A stretch of DNA of 62,648 bases, filler included, from Choristocarpus tenellus KU-1152 (GCA_964200185.2; 9 parts of 9 records of this genome joined end to end with filler, not necessarily neighbours in it), one strand, 5' to 3'. Counted from the whole stretch's first letter, positions 12,820 through 25,933 are shown. Made by a program: numbers and translations. The notes: generated from the letters alone by a model not told the origin.

Positions 12820-12886
12820 CATATGTATAGTTTTCATTGGACTCCCCCCTGACACATCTACAAAATGTCAGAGGGCATAATAATAT
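12820..12886 (+). repeat. Shared 3' end of a non-LTR retroposon (SINE/LINE tail). Copies at 17114-17185, 24583-24630, 36705-36760 (+) and 26023-26087 (-)
   Basis: Consensus agttttcattgg..ccctgacacatctccaaaatgtcagagggcataa(taa)n, with a CTGACA/TGTCAG stem-loop followed by a TAA/A tail. All copies end at the same point. Confidence 0.7.
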
Positions 12887-13880
12887 TATACTACTGTTAA
12901 CAACTGGACATATGAGAGATATGAATATTGTAATATGCGTGATGTATGGTTGGATGTGAAATTTATAGATTCGGAAATACTTGAGGTACGTTCTTTAGGG
13001 TGAGGTATAGATAGATCTATGACAATGTCCTTAGAAATATATTGTTATATATTGTCTTTTTCGTAATGTGTAGGTCCAGACAGACCTCTTTCAACTACTG
13101 TTGGTTGTATTGGGGGTACTGGTCAAAAGTCAAAGGCAGTAATCCACCAACCCTTGTGAACTGGTACACAACTATAATTGTTGTATCATTGTCATACTCC
13201 TGCGTGGACCCCGATCGACTAGGCAGGATATGCACATGCATTGCATCTATACCGCTAGTATTGCCGCACTCGTCGCCGTCCTCCCTTTCCCCAATGTAGT
13301 CCAATCTACTACCTCTTCTAGTCATGTTACTGAAGGCATCACAGGTGAGGGGGGGGGGTTAGATGGATGTATTATTCTGCTGGAGTCACGAAAGTGAGTC
13401 CAAATCGGTGAAGTCATAAAGTGGACAACGTTGTTTTGAACCTCTCATGTGTGTCCAGAGGGTTTTTGTTGTTGGGTCAGGCTAAACTTCACGCTCTTCA
13501 AACAGATCCCCACATAACTGGGAACTCTCACCATGACTGTATTCCTGTAATCCCTCCTAAAGGAGAGTAAGCAAAAGGTCCACCTTCACTATGCTTCGCC
13601 GTCCTCGAACTTTTGACTTTTGACTTCTCTCGTAACATCATGCGAGGGGGCTTGGACTGAATGGGTGACCTGTTGGACAGTAGGATTTTATCCAATATGT
13701 TGTCCGAATAATTTTCCCGTGATGTCCCACAGTGTACAATCCTATCGCATGAGAGTTATGAGAAAGGGAGTTGCAATTAGTAACCAACTCTTTTGGTTTA
13801 TGGTGGTTGTATTTTTAGTTGGTGTTGAATGATCTGCATTATCCGAATGTTCATGGACCACTGTTATTTTGCGATTGCAG

Positions 13881-16261
13881 ACAACTACTGCCAGGTCGTG
13901 AGTGTCGATCATACTACAGTCGGTGGTTCATACGAGATCACAGAAGACACAATCTATGGCGGCTACCCGCTATATGTACAAGCGGATGGCGAATTTGTCA
14001 TGACTTTCGTGAAAACATCATCACGACGTTCCCTGAGGGGTGTTCGACACGGGGGTATGCATATTGCGCTCCTATCCATTAGTATGGCTCGTGGCACATG
14101 CATTTGTCCTCGTCACTCAACACGTCAACTGATATTCAAACCTGTTTGATAGGCTTCATCATCTTAGTTAGCCTCAATTTACGTTAGGGATGGAATAGTT
14201 CCATGTAGTCCACACACACCCTCTCCCCTCAGTTGCCCACTAGAATGATCTGAATCATGTTGCAATCCTTTCTACTCCTACACAGGAGTATCTGGATCTC
14301 CAGTGTCGGCGCTTGGAACTAATCTCTCACCTTTGGATGCGCTGGACGCCTGCGTAGACGGGGGATGGGGCATTCTCACCTATGTCAATAACATACCCTC
14401 CTATCCGGCGTACATGGTGAGTCCTCCAGGGATGAGGTAGATCTCTGATGTAACGAGGCTCTTGGGATCTCTGGTAGAGCTTGGTTGGGCAACCCTTGAC
14501 GATACCAAGATTGACGGTGCTGTCCAAGAGATCCTTGCTTGTTTGAGGAGGAATGTGGGAGGAGCGCTTTGGACACGCACTAGCCGATGTTATTCTGACT
14601 TCAGTCTGACAATGTGACATCCTTGTTTGAACACAGTCTTGGCCAAGAGTGATGATAATGATCATATCTTTAAAGGCCTCTCTGTTTTTCACTGAATTTT
14701 ACCAAGTTCCAGTACAACATCGTGAAACCGGTACACATACGAAGGACATGCTTGTGAAAATTACTACTCCGAGGATGTGAGTAAAATGTACCCAAGCTGT
14801 GCCCCCACCTGAGGCAAGCGTTAGGGAGTGGTTTGCATAACAAAATGTTTTTTGTAGTCCTTTTTGTGTGAACAGGTTTCATGCTTTCTTCAGTATATCT
14901 GACCCCTCTCTGCCATTCCCATAAACACCGAAGGTGCTTGACTGTGCTACTGATCCCAGCCTCATATCTTCCTCGGCCATCTGGTTTTCCTGCACATCTG
15001 AAGACTGCTTCGACTTAACTATCATCACCTCCCCTGTTTTCGAATGCATGAGTTCTACGACCACCACACCTGCTCCTGTTTCTACTCCCATCCCGATTTC
15101 TGTACCTGTTCCCACACCTGCACCTACACCAGTGGAGGCCCCTACAGCATCCACCGGTATGGAAGTCATGTTGGAGAAATTTGTAACTGTAGCATGAGCT
15201 CCTGCGGCTTTGATCACGCTTGTGTTGGCAAGCAAAGAATACTGTGTTCATAAGCTTATTCACACAGGAATCCCACTCTGTAATGCGCAGATTTCATGGT
15301 ATCTATACAGGATAATCATCCGATGGTGCCTTACTGCGTTACCGTATACTTTTTATTATACAATTTGAGCAGTATACTTCATTGTCATAACGACCCTTCG
15401 ATTTAAACTCTTCCGACATCTAGGCTACTCGAGTTGTACCCTCTTCATGAAATTGTCTATAATCAATTAAGTTGCCCACCCAAGACTTCATACTATTCCA
15501 GTCATCGTATTATGTGTGCTGTGGGCAGCTAACCTAGCCCTTGGTGGGGTTGATCGGGACGGATAACAGGCGGTCCCCCCCTTCTGCTCTTTCTCCGTTC
15601 ATTTTCACTTGCACAAATCCAACACTACAAAATTATTGAAACATGAAATGCTCATCTCCGTTCAAAAGTGACTCTCTTCCTATCTTGCGGACAATCGTTT
15701 GTTTCAGTTCAGGATCTTCTCTGGAGAATTGCGCTTAGGTCTCTACTTTAAGCTGTACTTCCCATCGATTCCCAATGCCCCTTTATTCATTTTGTGCTCG
15801 ATCTTGCCAGGAAGGAATGCATAATGGTTGCTAAACCTTTCGTTCTGACCCTTCTGAGGGATTCGTTTAGCACAAGATGGCCTGAGTGAGATTTTTTTTC
15901 ACCTTTCAGTTGATAATCCAGCTGTTGTTCATATGTGGTATTGATGGGATCTTCATAGGAGCCATCTTGAAGCATCTCATGAGGTCACACTTTCAGCTGA
16001 TAGTTGTAAACATTCACTCTTCCTCCACCTGTCTCCACCAATTTTGTTAAACAGATTTTACGGATGACGCTGTCGATGATACTCCAACCTATGACGGTTG
16101 TCTAAGTTTTACTATTGACAGCTCACTCTTTGGTGGTGAATACGATATTAAGGGCTCATACATCGACCTGAAACCCCGATGGTTGGATGGTAACGCAAAA
16201 TTTGTCTTATTCTACAATGATTTCAATATTGATCGACGTCTCAGCAGTCTTCCAGACAAAG
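13881..16261 (+). CDS. Modular, probably extracellular protein with a repeated beta-rich/Cys domain and a Pro/Thr linker. Exons 13881-14054, 14286-14416, 14934-15156, 16055-16261, and possibly 16499-16600
   Basis: Four open exons have AG/GT borders and compatible phases (1,0,1,1). Peptides include YCQVVSVDHTTVGGSYEITEDTIYGGYPLYVQ, DACVDGGWGILTY, LDCATDPSLISSSAIW and TTTTPAPVSTPIPISVPVPTPAPTP. The 4th exon is similar to the 1st. Confidence 0.72.
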
Positions 16262-17589
16262 GTGGGTGTACTACCTTCACGACTGACTATCCCATATCAA
16301 AATTTGTGTAATGTGCATGCTCGTTTGTCACTCTGACTTTTTTTTAATACTATACTTATTGATCAAAGCTTTTCCAGAAATAACAGTGTGATGAAAGTAT
16401 GTTCCTTCTTCAAGCAGTTATTCTTGTTTGATAAATTCATCTGGCCTTATCCTGGACTATTTATTGCAAATGCATTGACCTGTCACTGTTCTTGATAGCA
16501 GCAATGGATTTGTTGAAGCAGAATTCAGTTTCAACATCTGATCCATGTCCTATGAGCCTACAAACTAGGAATACACTTTTGTGGAGAGCTTACATTGAAT
16601 AGGCTCAAAGTATCTGGGAGGGGGTGGCGGCTGTCCATTTGGGGTCAATTTATTCATGTCGCAATTTTTGGNNNNNNNNNNNNNNNNNNNNNNNNNNNNN
16701 NNNNNNNNNNNNNNNTTAATTAATTAANNNNNNNNNNNNNNNNNNNNNNNNNNNNNNNNNNNNNNNNNNNNCCCCTCACAGATACATTGGGTCAATAGAT
16801 GTCAATTCTTGAAAGTTGCAGAGTAAAGATTTATGATTGAAGTATGTACATAGCAGTTTGCAGACTTCATTTAACTCTTTGGCTGTAGAAAAATGGTGGA
16901 TGTAAGTTAATAAAAGGCTGAAGGCTCACCACAACCTTCAGTTCTCTTTGATGTACCTCTTTTGATAAAGTGAAAAGCGAGACTTTGACTGAGCTAAACA
17001 TCAAGCTGACACCGTACGTGGTTATCATCTGTGGACCCCCCTCGTAGCGTCGTTTTAAGGTCGTTGGATTTGAGTTGCATATCCTGTGGAGGTGAGTTCT
17101 GAGGGGCGCCTGTAACATATAGTTTTCATTTGTTTCCTCCCTGACACATCTCCAAAATGTCAGATGACATAATAATAATAATAAAATATAAAATGAACGC
17201 TTATCCCAAGAGGAGTTGAAGATTTGTATGCGGGAATGTATTAACTCCAGTGAATAGGAACGACATCCCGATCAAAGAACGGTAAAAACGCGGGGGAATA
17301 ACCCCAAAAAATTGATGGTTGCAACCTCAAAAGGTGCAAAATTGAAGTAGCTGGCTGAATTCCCCACAAAAAACTGGTCCGATATAGACCCTACTTTAGA
17401 TACATTGCTGTTGGCGCTACCGAAAAAAAAGCAAGATTGTCAGACATATTTTTAACGCCTTTTGCAGACTTGCTGTGAACACACACACACGTGACCCACA
17501 CAGCAATATGAACCACGACGTTGAGTCAAGGAGAGCCGTGAGGCCACTCTGCCCCCTGGATCTACCCTCGGCACCGTCCCTGTCGAGAG

Positions 17590-18860
17590 GCGGTAGAAAA
17601 GCAAATACTGTGTGAGACTCAGTGCGATGTTAGATGACGAGAAAGTGCGTGTAATGTGGCGCAGCAGCATGATCAAATTCCGAAATGGACCATGCGACCG
17701 CGACATTGATGCTGAGAGAAGATGCATCGAAAGCATTACCACACAAACGCGGTTGGATCTTCAACCACGTCGGAGCACTGCCCTGCAGTCTCTGCTGCCT
17801 CAGGAAAGCAGGAAGAGAGCGGCAAGTCCATCACCAGGTGTGGTACAGTGACGAAGTCTGTGGGGATGCCTGGTCACGACAGGCGAAGGGAGAAACAGAG
17901 TGACTGGCCAAAGGGAAGGTTGGGGAGGAGAGCAGTGCGACTGCGTGCCATTGCGTCCAGGAAATTCCTAAGCGAAAACCCAGGTGTAGGATATCTTAGT
18001 AGTCGACAGTTGCAGCAGGCCCTAGCTGTTTGGAAGCTATGTGAGCCGGAGTGGCTTAGGAAACGAGAAAGAAGGTATTAGGGTTGGGCTACAAGGAACA
18101 GCCGATTTCAAAAATTGAGGATGGGCTTGACCCAAAATTGACTGGGATAAAGTGTCGATATATAAAATATGTATCAGGCTTACCAACCAATTACGCTAAA
18201 GATTATTTTTTAAAATGTAGGCTTTAAGGAAGATGCAGTCAGAAATTTTCTAGAAAAGCGCACCAAACATTATTTGACAGCAGACAAATTTATCCCCAGG
18301 CATGTGTATGAGTCCCCTGAACAGCCACTCAACTATACACTATCCAAAACAAGAAAAAAGGCTTATGTAGCTGAAATAGAGACTTTTGGAATTCCCAGAC
18401 ATCCTGTACAGTTATACGAAAGCATAGCCTATGTGATAATATATATATCGACACTTTATCCCAGTCAATTTTGGGTCAAGCCCATCCTCAATGAAAAGCT
18501 CCATCCTCAATTTTTGAAATCGGCTGTTAAGGGCTCTGAAGCCCGAAAGAAGGTATCCCATTTCCGGCACTCAACGAGGAAATGCAATAGTAAAGACTCT
18601 GACACTGCGAATCCTGTACCTGTGTATGAGCGACGGGAAAGACCGTCAAACAACGACGCTTGAGATTGCACAGGATATGCAATGGTCAGGTCGGAAACTG
18701 TGAGCAAATGGGAGAGAGACTTCCTAACAGAGGGCCACATCAAGGTGTCGGAGCAAGGGCACTACAAGAGGCGTTTCGTTCTTGGCCTCGACGAGGACAT
18801 CCTTGCCGAGGTGAAAGAGTGGGTGCGTGAACACACAGGAAGAAAGGGTGGGGAGGCTTT
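17590..18860 (+). pseudogene. Degenerate transposase-like N-terminal region (Tc1/IS630-like HTH), interrupted by the 18097-18528 MITE
   Basis: VRSETVSKWERDFLTEGHIKVSEQGHYKRRFVLGLDEDILAEVKEWVRE resembles the W..F..G..S.QG.H..L.DED..W motif of such transposases. The reading frame continues across the MITE if it is removed. Confidence 0.4.
18097..18528. mobile_element. 432-bp MITE with ~70-90 bp TIRs and 4-bp TSD AAGG. Another end is at 26559-26612
   Basis: aacagccgatttcaaaaattgaggatgg..gtgtcgatata is mirrored at the right end, with AAGG at 18093-18096 and 18529-18532. Confidence 0.9.
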
Positions 18861-19749
18861 TTTCCTGTCTAAACCCAATACTTTAATCAAGTAATTGTGT
18901 ATCTGTTGCCACTCTTGGTGACCTACAATCCAGGGTTCGAACCCCAATATGACCGGTCTTTCTTCAAAAATAGAAAAAAATGGCTAAAAAGAAAAACGAA
19001 GTCCGTACTCTGGAGGGCATTGTGATGTGCATCACTAATATGCTTTTATTTTTTTATCCGATATCTGCATCAAAAGTTATGAGGGAACCTCAGAGGGCGA
19101 AGCTGCTGCTAAAAACAAATAAATAAATACTGATTTCTTCTCTAGAACTATTTTCTCCTCTTCTTGTCTTTCTTTTTTCTTTTTTCTGTTTCTCTTTGAT
19201 ATTTTTGCTTTTTTCCAGTATGCCTTCTTTAGAATACCTTTCGTCATATTTGTGGGTTCTAATATTTTCTTAATATCCCAGGGAAAAACCAAAATATACA
19301 CTGTATGACAAGGAGTAGTAATGAAAAAATATAAAGCAGTTGTCATCAATACTAATAAAACTTCTCTCTCTTCAAATGATCTATTTCAAAACTAACTATA
19401 GGTGTGAGTGAAAGCTTTTTTGGTGTTGTCATAGTTCTAAAATCAGTTGATTGATGTACTCAGAACGTTCAGGGTTCTAGACCTGTGGGAATGTGGGAAT
19501 TAGATTTTGTCACCAATTGGACTCAACTATGTGGAAATGATGTCCACGTACAAAGATTCAAGAGAAGTATGGATTGTGAGAGAACTAACAACTGGTCTAT
19601 ATCGGTATTATTATTCTATATTATATTAATTAAATGATATCAATAATAATCTTTGAATATTTTGCTGTCTCCTGACAATCTCTCTTGAACAGGTGGCAAG
19701 AAGCCCAGAAGTTCTACAAAAGGAAAACATATCCGAGATCGCGCTTACC

Positions 19750-20560
19750 GGAGTTCTTCTCTGTTTACGTTTTGCCTGCACACAGGGCCGTTCCCCCTTA
19801 CTAATATCAATGAAGTGGTGGATCTCTACCTGGCCGAATGGAGTCAATCATAGTAAATTGTCATGGAGAAACGATGTCTTCATGGGGATACGGGCGAGGT
19901 ATTGCCTCATCCCCTCGATCCACGCAGCATGGGTACGACGAGGCACTGGATCGATGAGGTGTGTCTATGAATTGATGCCTTCTTCGTATCTTGTGGTGGA
20001 TAAATCAATAGCTGCGGCCCACCTATCCCGATCTGACTGCATTTGCACAGCTCATCCATGCTGCACCTCCAACGTTTCGATGCCTTTCCCTCACCGTCAC
20101 ATGGCTATCTTGTCCCAGGTCAAGACTGTATCCTCGTCCGATCGACCCCATCAGTCGTACCCTGTCCACTTTGGGCGACCGGTGCTTCTGGAAAGTCGAC
20201 GTTGGGGCGACATTGATATCCGTGGCTTGTTTGACAGGGTTGATGTGCGATCACTTAACCTCTTTCTCCTCCGCTTCCAATGTACAGAAATGGTCAGTAG
20301 ACACTTCGGACTCGGAGGTGCATACGGGACGTAGGCAGTGCAGGATACCGAAGTGTCGTCGTCAATACCATGCACTCGACCATTATTCTAACATGATTAT
20401 TTTCCTTCGTATGTCCCCTGGTATCGCAATGGCCTACTCGAGAAGGAGGACAGATATCAGGCTTGGAATGTGGGCCGGGGTAGCATCCTCATATTCTCAA
20501 CCCTCACTCTTCTGCTGACCGTCCGGTTGTGCCTATACCATAGTGCGATTTCCCTGGCCT
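19750..20560 (-). pseudogene. Degenerate Fanzor1 (TnpB-like RuvC nuclease) remnant
   Basis: Across frameshifts the minus strand reads MLPRPTFQA*YL / W..RHFGI..VSTD..ISVHWKRRRK / RVRLM-GVD-GR / SMDELCKCS / YLARIPMKTS. This follows the Fanzor1 order LP..F..YI, W..F, TDG.S.SV..R, RuvC-I GVDPG, IP..KT. Confidence 0.5.
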
Positions 20561-23249
20561 CTCCCCGCTCCAACTCCCCTGTCGATTTTGGAAGGGCTCT
20601 TATGTGCATCTGCCCGCTTGTGGTTGCTGCTCTCTTTGCAGCAAGGCACAAGGTCTTCAGTGGGTGAGATCTTTAGAGCTATGGGAACTAAGTAGGAGGA
20701 TTGTTTTAGAATTCAAGGTTAGGAGAAGGGTCATGCAAAGGAGTTGAAGTAAGATTGAAAGGTTCATTGCACAGTTAAGTAGATAGTTGGGTGTAGTATA
20801 TAAGTTTAAAGCATTGCTTGATAACAGTTTGGTCAAGATTGAACTCTTCATTTGTCAAGGTGTGACAATGTGGCATGGTGATGTAGTGGAGCATAATTAA
20901 TGGTCATCTGGATTTTGTCTCAGAAAATTTAGCAACTTAGGCTAATTTACAAATTGATGGTTGGGTGACATGGTGATCCCCAAAAGTGTGGTCTCCTTGC
21001 TATTTTGTTAGTTTGGAAAGAATGATGGGCAACTAGTTTTGAATTTGTGATCTAGTCACTATAGTCGATTTGTTGTTTCCATTAGATTGGATCAGCCAAC
21101 ATAGGTTGCATACTCTTATGAACTGTTTTACTTATTTGTAGTGTTGATCTCAAAGGCCCTCGCTCCTTCAGCAATAGTCACCTGAGTCATATGCTGTTCA
21201 ACCCTCACCCTAACCCTAATCTTGTAAGTACCAGCATGCATCATTCCATCATGTCCCTCAACACAAACCAAAACCCTGCAATAGTGCTTTGTGAAGGTTG
21301 GAGGATTGAAAGGTTGAGGGCGGACAGCCTGATGAAATAACAAAAATCTGTTTGCAATATAAGCTTGTGCATGCCAAGTGATTTTGACCTAACAAGGCTG
21401 CTGAGGCTTCAGTTGTGCTGTTTCTGCACAGCTTCCTGTATTAAGCTCATCTTTTTATTAGCATGCACTGTTGCTTCAGCTGATGGTAGCATGGCGATTT
21501 GTTCAACAAGATTGTGCTTCCTTGGAAGTTTTGAACCCTGACCATCTTCCCTCTCATTTATCCCTGACCCTAATCCCACCAAATATGTGTGAAACAAGAC
21601 ATGAAAGGCTAAGGAGACACCCTTTGGCAACCTTTGCAAAGCTGTGGTCATACTGCGTTGCCATTTGGCTCACCCTTGATGCCTTACATATCTATATGGA
21701 ACTCATGGATGGTGCAAAGGGGTTGGAGGGTAGGTGGGGAACATCTGGGGACAAATGTGCAAATCCCAATGTCCATGAATGCATGGCGGGGGCGGGGGCG
21801 GGGGGGCATCAAGCAATTATTGGCCAGGTNNNNNNNNNNGGGGGGGGAGGGGGGGGGGGGACACGCGGGGGGAAAACTGGGGAATCCCCAGGGGCGGTGG
21901 TGGGTGGGGGGGGGGGGGGGGGGGGGGGCATCAAGCAATTATTGGCCAGGTAGCTGTGGTGATCACTTATATATGCGCAACATCCTTCATAGTGCCACTT
22001 GGTGAGTGACTGCGACCCAGGTCCTGGGATCTGTAGGGCTTGGGATGCTGTTCTGGACAAGTATGTGCAACATTCTAAATGATGGATGGCATATGTTGTG
22101 TGCATTGGTCCACTTACCTCATTTCATGTTGGCTCTGCCAAACAAATATCTAACTTGTCATTCACGTGAACCTCAAGTAAGTTTTTTTAATGGCTGTGCC
22201 TACCTGTTACATGAATGCTACACTATTTTTTGACGACTTTTCACGAGACTGGGCAAGTACAAAGGGGCACCAGTCCACAAGCTGGACCAGTTCCATTAGT
22301 TGTTGACTTTTCAGACCAGGTCCAATTAAGTATTGGCTTTTCCAATATTTCCAGCATGTCCAGATGAGGACCATCAAGTGTTTAAACCTTTTCTTTCCAA
22401 AGTTCGCAGCACGGACAGGTTCCAATATTTTCTGACGTCCGAACCAGGGCAGTCAGAGTGATCGCACCAGACATCAAGTTGGTCTGGGTCCATTTTTTTA
22501 TGAACCGTCAATGACACGGATCTGTCCCAGTCTCATCCATGATAGAATTTGACTGCTGCCTGGGGGAACTGAAGATATATATAATCTGAAACACATTTTG
22601 TTCAAACTCGTCTGAACTACTTTCACCGGGTTGGCCAAGCGAATATTCTTTTTATCCATTGCTGTCAATTATTCTAATGCGGTCGGACTGCGGATTGGCC
22701 CAGTACTAAGTACCAATGTATTGTGGTCCATTGCTGTCAAGTGTTTCAACATGACTGGCCCACAGCAATATTAGCCCAGAACCCAGTTAAGCTAACTGCA
22801 ATGATGGATGAAAAACCCTGATTTTTTTCTTTATACTACATGTCATCATTCCTGACACACCACTCTCCTCCCATTCAGGTCTCTCCACTGGCTGGATTTT
22901 ATCCTCCTTGGTTACCCTGTTCCGCCTGGGTCTTATTCTCCAATATGTTCATTCACTGGGTGTAAGCAGTGTTGAGCATAGTGACTGGAGCCTGGGGGGT
23001 GGGGAATCATGTCGAGATGTTGGTGTGACAGTATGGGAAGAAAGATATGGAGTATGGCAGGGGGGTTTAGGAGAAGTCGCTGTACTTTGCATTGTTGCTC
23101 TGTCATTGGGTGCCATTGCCCTCTCATATCGCGTGGAGCACCTGAATCGTCAAGCTTTTGAGGCGGAGAGTTACCACAGAGAGGTGGGTGCATGGATTAT
23201 CTATTTAATGCTGAAAGGAGAAACCCAGTTTCATAATGCTGGTCTATGT

Positions 23250-23900
23250 ATATACGTGTACTTTACTGTGATTTGAGATGGTCAACATAATCTTGCCTTC
23301 AGTGGCACATTCTATTTTCTCTTGTGTTGTAAGAAGTAAATACTGCAGAGAAAAAACGTTCAACCTTTTAGATATTCACTGCAAAAGGGTAAGATTTGTC
23401 AAGATTTTTTGCTGTGGCAATCTATATTCCAGAAGTAACAGGAGTGTATTCACTACGATAAAGGGCCGTGGAGGGCTAAGGCAAGGCATCTCAGGATGAG
23501 TGGTATTATGTTTTTGTGCAAACCTCATGAAGTTCTGCGCTCAAGATGCTACCACTGCTTGTATGGCACTCTTGCTATTGTCGCTAGGTTACTGGAAAAC
23601 ACTCTGTTGCATCACAGATACCATAACCTCATTCCGAGGTTTGGTAGGATTTTGTGCCCCATATGCTTCCTATCGCAGGATATGTATGCAAATAAATAGC
23701 CAGAACTAGGATTGCATTGTTGTGGCAGATTGATGAAGGTTATACTTTGTCGTGGGAAAGAGCGGGAGAAAATAAAATTCTTGTGGTTGGTAAAATTCTG
23801 GTTGGTTTGTCTTGTTGCACCAAGCACAAGGGCTAAGTGATACACAGGAGAAAGTTTAACTGATGCCACGCCAAATGTAATCAGCCCTATAAGACGAACA
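23250..23900 (-). mobile_element. Degenerate PIF/Harbinger-ISL2EU (DDE_Tnp_4-like) transposase remnant
   Basis: HLALVLGATRQT (HTH-like LA..FG.S..T) is followed by GICDATECF..PSD (cf. IIDCTE...PS). Confidence 0.4.
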
Positions 23901-25619
23901 TGATACCGACAATGTCAATTCCTCCTTGTCCGTGAAAATCCAACCTTGTACCTGGGTGTTCAGTTCTAGTTTTTCTGCTTGGACTGGAGTTACATGTAAA
24001 GTAGGAAGGAGAGAGCTGCGTTGTTAGACGAACAGTATGTGCAGGTTACAACCTGTCCATCCATTTGAGAGGGAGGTCATCGTTTCAATGTAGCAATCAG
24101 TGATACCCAGAAAAAGGCATGCTCCTTCAACTGCACATCCAAAAGCACAAGGACATTTAAACGATGGTATGGCACTACAGCATACGGTAGGGCAGTCTCC
24201 TATTGTCTACCTATACATTGATCCCTATGGAATCGGTCAGTCTGATAATCTGATGCGTCTGACCGTCAGCACCTTTCTCCATGATTGTACAATTGCGTTT
24301 GTTTGTATGTCAATGTCTGTCCTCTGTGCTGTCTCAAGATCTCCGCGTTTGGCTACGTTAGTATCGATGTACCAGTTGTTGTTTTTTTGCAATGTCGTGC
24401 AAGTCAGCCATCATTCTATGGAAGCAGCATACTTCCCACCTTTCTTGTCCTGTCAACTTCACTCTGCTATCCATGACCATACCTCAAGCAGGTGCTAGTA
24501 ATCAAGCAGTGAATAGATGATAGAAATATATCTTTCGCATTTACGACAACTATCACTTTTTCAGGGGTTCTTGTGATATTGAATTGGCTTTTTCCCTAAC
24601 ACATTGCGAAATATCAGAAGGTATATAATGACCTATATTTATTTGTAGTGGTAATCTCTCTTTGTTTACAACACTCGGTTTACTTGCCTGCCTTCCAATT
24701 TTCCCATGATCATGTACCTCAAACCTTCTTTTCTTCCGCTTTTCTGGTATTAACGAGTGATGGATGATGTTGTGGTGTTTTTGTCTCTGTTGGATTTTCC
24801 AATCCGGAAACTATATACATTTACAGTGTTGGTAGTCGCCTCCTGCATCAACTTTTGTCGTACCATAACTCTTGATCAACAATAATTTTTTCCGTGAAAA
24901 TTCGTTTGTTATAGTCGCATCAGCATGCTTAACCTTATTTGGTGGGTCTCGGTTGGTCAACTTGCAGTAGTCGTGAGAAGTACAGGACCATACTTAAATC
25001 AAGTAGTCTGTGTTCACGTTCGTGCAGGGGTCCCACACGCAGCGCGCGCGAACCGCCCATTTAAGGATGATTTTGACGCCTGAAGAGGTCATCTTCACCC
25101 AGAGAACATGGATTTTATTGTCTCTCCATTCTCTTTCCATTATTTCCCATTTATGCGATGTTGTCCCCTGCTGACTAAGGCTCACTCATGGGGTCCCAGA
25201 CCTCTGAACCAGACAATCCATGCCAAATCAAATGAGATATTCTGAAGATGCAGGCCTCCTGTGAGACTTAAATGTATAGTACACACTGTCCAATTTGGTG
25301 CACTGCACGCCTTTATCGTTGGTATATAACATGTGGTAAGAAATACTCAACCTGAAGAACCTATCCACAATTACTCTGGACAGGCCCCCTTCCTCCTTAA
25401 GACTGACAGGAATGTTGACTCTCATTCCAGGCAATGTGTAGTTAAGCGGCCTCTTACATAGTGCTTCACCCGCCTCCAGACCATCTCTATGGGGTTCAAT
25501 TCACTTTGGTACGTTAGAAGTATCAAGCAATGTCCTCAACGATGCTCAACCGGAATCGTGTCCTGCGAGTGGCTTAAACAGTATTAAGCCGAGGTTCGCC
25601 CACGTACCTTTTTGGCGGT

Positions 25620-25933
25620 TACCAATCTTAATTTTTTTCAAATGGTTGGCCAATGAGTTAATCGAGGATCAGCATATCAAATGAAAGCTCTGGATCTAAG
25701 CTATCACTGGCGCAAAGGAATTTTTTCGAAATTTTTGTTTAGTAAGGTTAAATTTTAGCCGAATGGTTTCGGCACAACCTTGGAAACGTTCCGGAATGAA
25801 TTATCACGACGAAACATATTTTTCCGAAAAACCTCCTTTGGACAAGTCATAGCTTAGATCCAGAACTTTCACTTGATATGCTCATCGTTGTTTAACTCGT
25901 TGACCAACCCTTTAGAAAATATCAAGACTGGTC
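25620..25933. repeat. Foldback/MITE remnant with ~90-bp imperfect inverted arms
   Basis: 25620-25708 (..gcatatcaaatgaaagctctggatctaagctat..) is mirrored by 25845-25933. Confidence 0.8.

Noticed and set aside
19693-20334. 213-aa plus-strand ORF as a gene
   Set aside because: It has no recognisable motifs. The informative motifs are on the minus strand (Fanzor-like).
21790-21952. Direct repeat ggggcatcaagcaattattggccaggt and Gly-rich ORFs
   Set aside because: It flanks a 10-N gap and poly-G runs, so it is probably an assembly overlap artefact.
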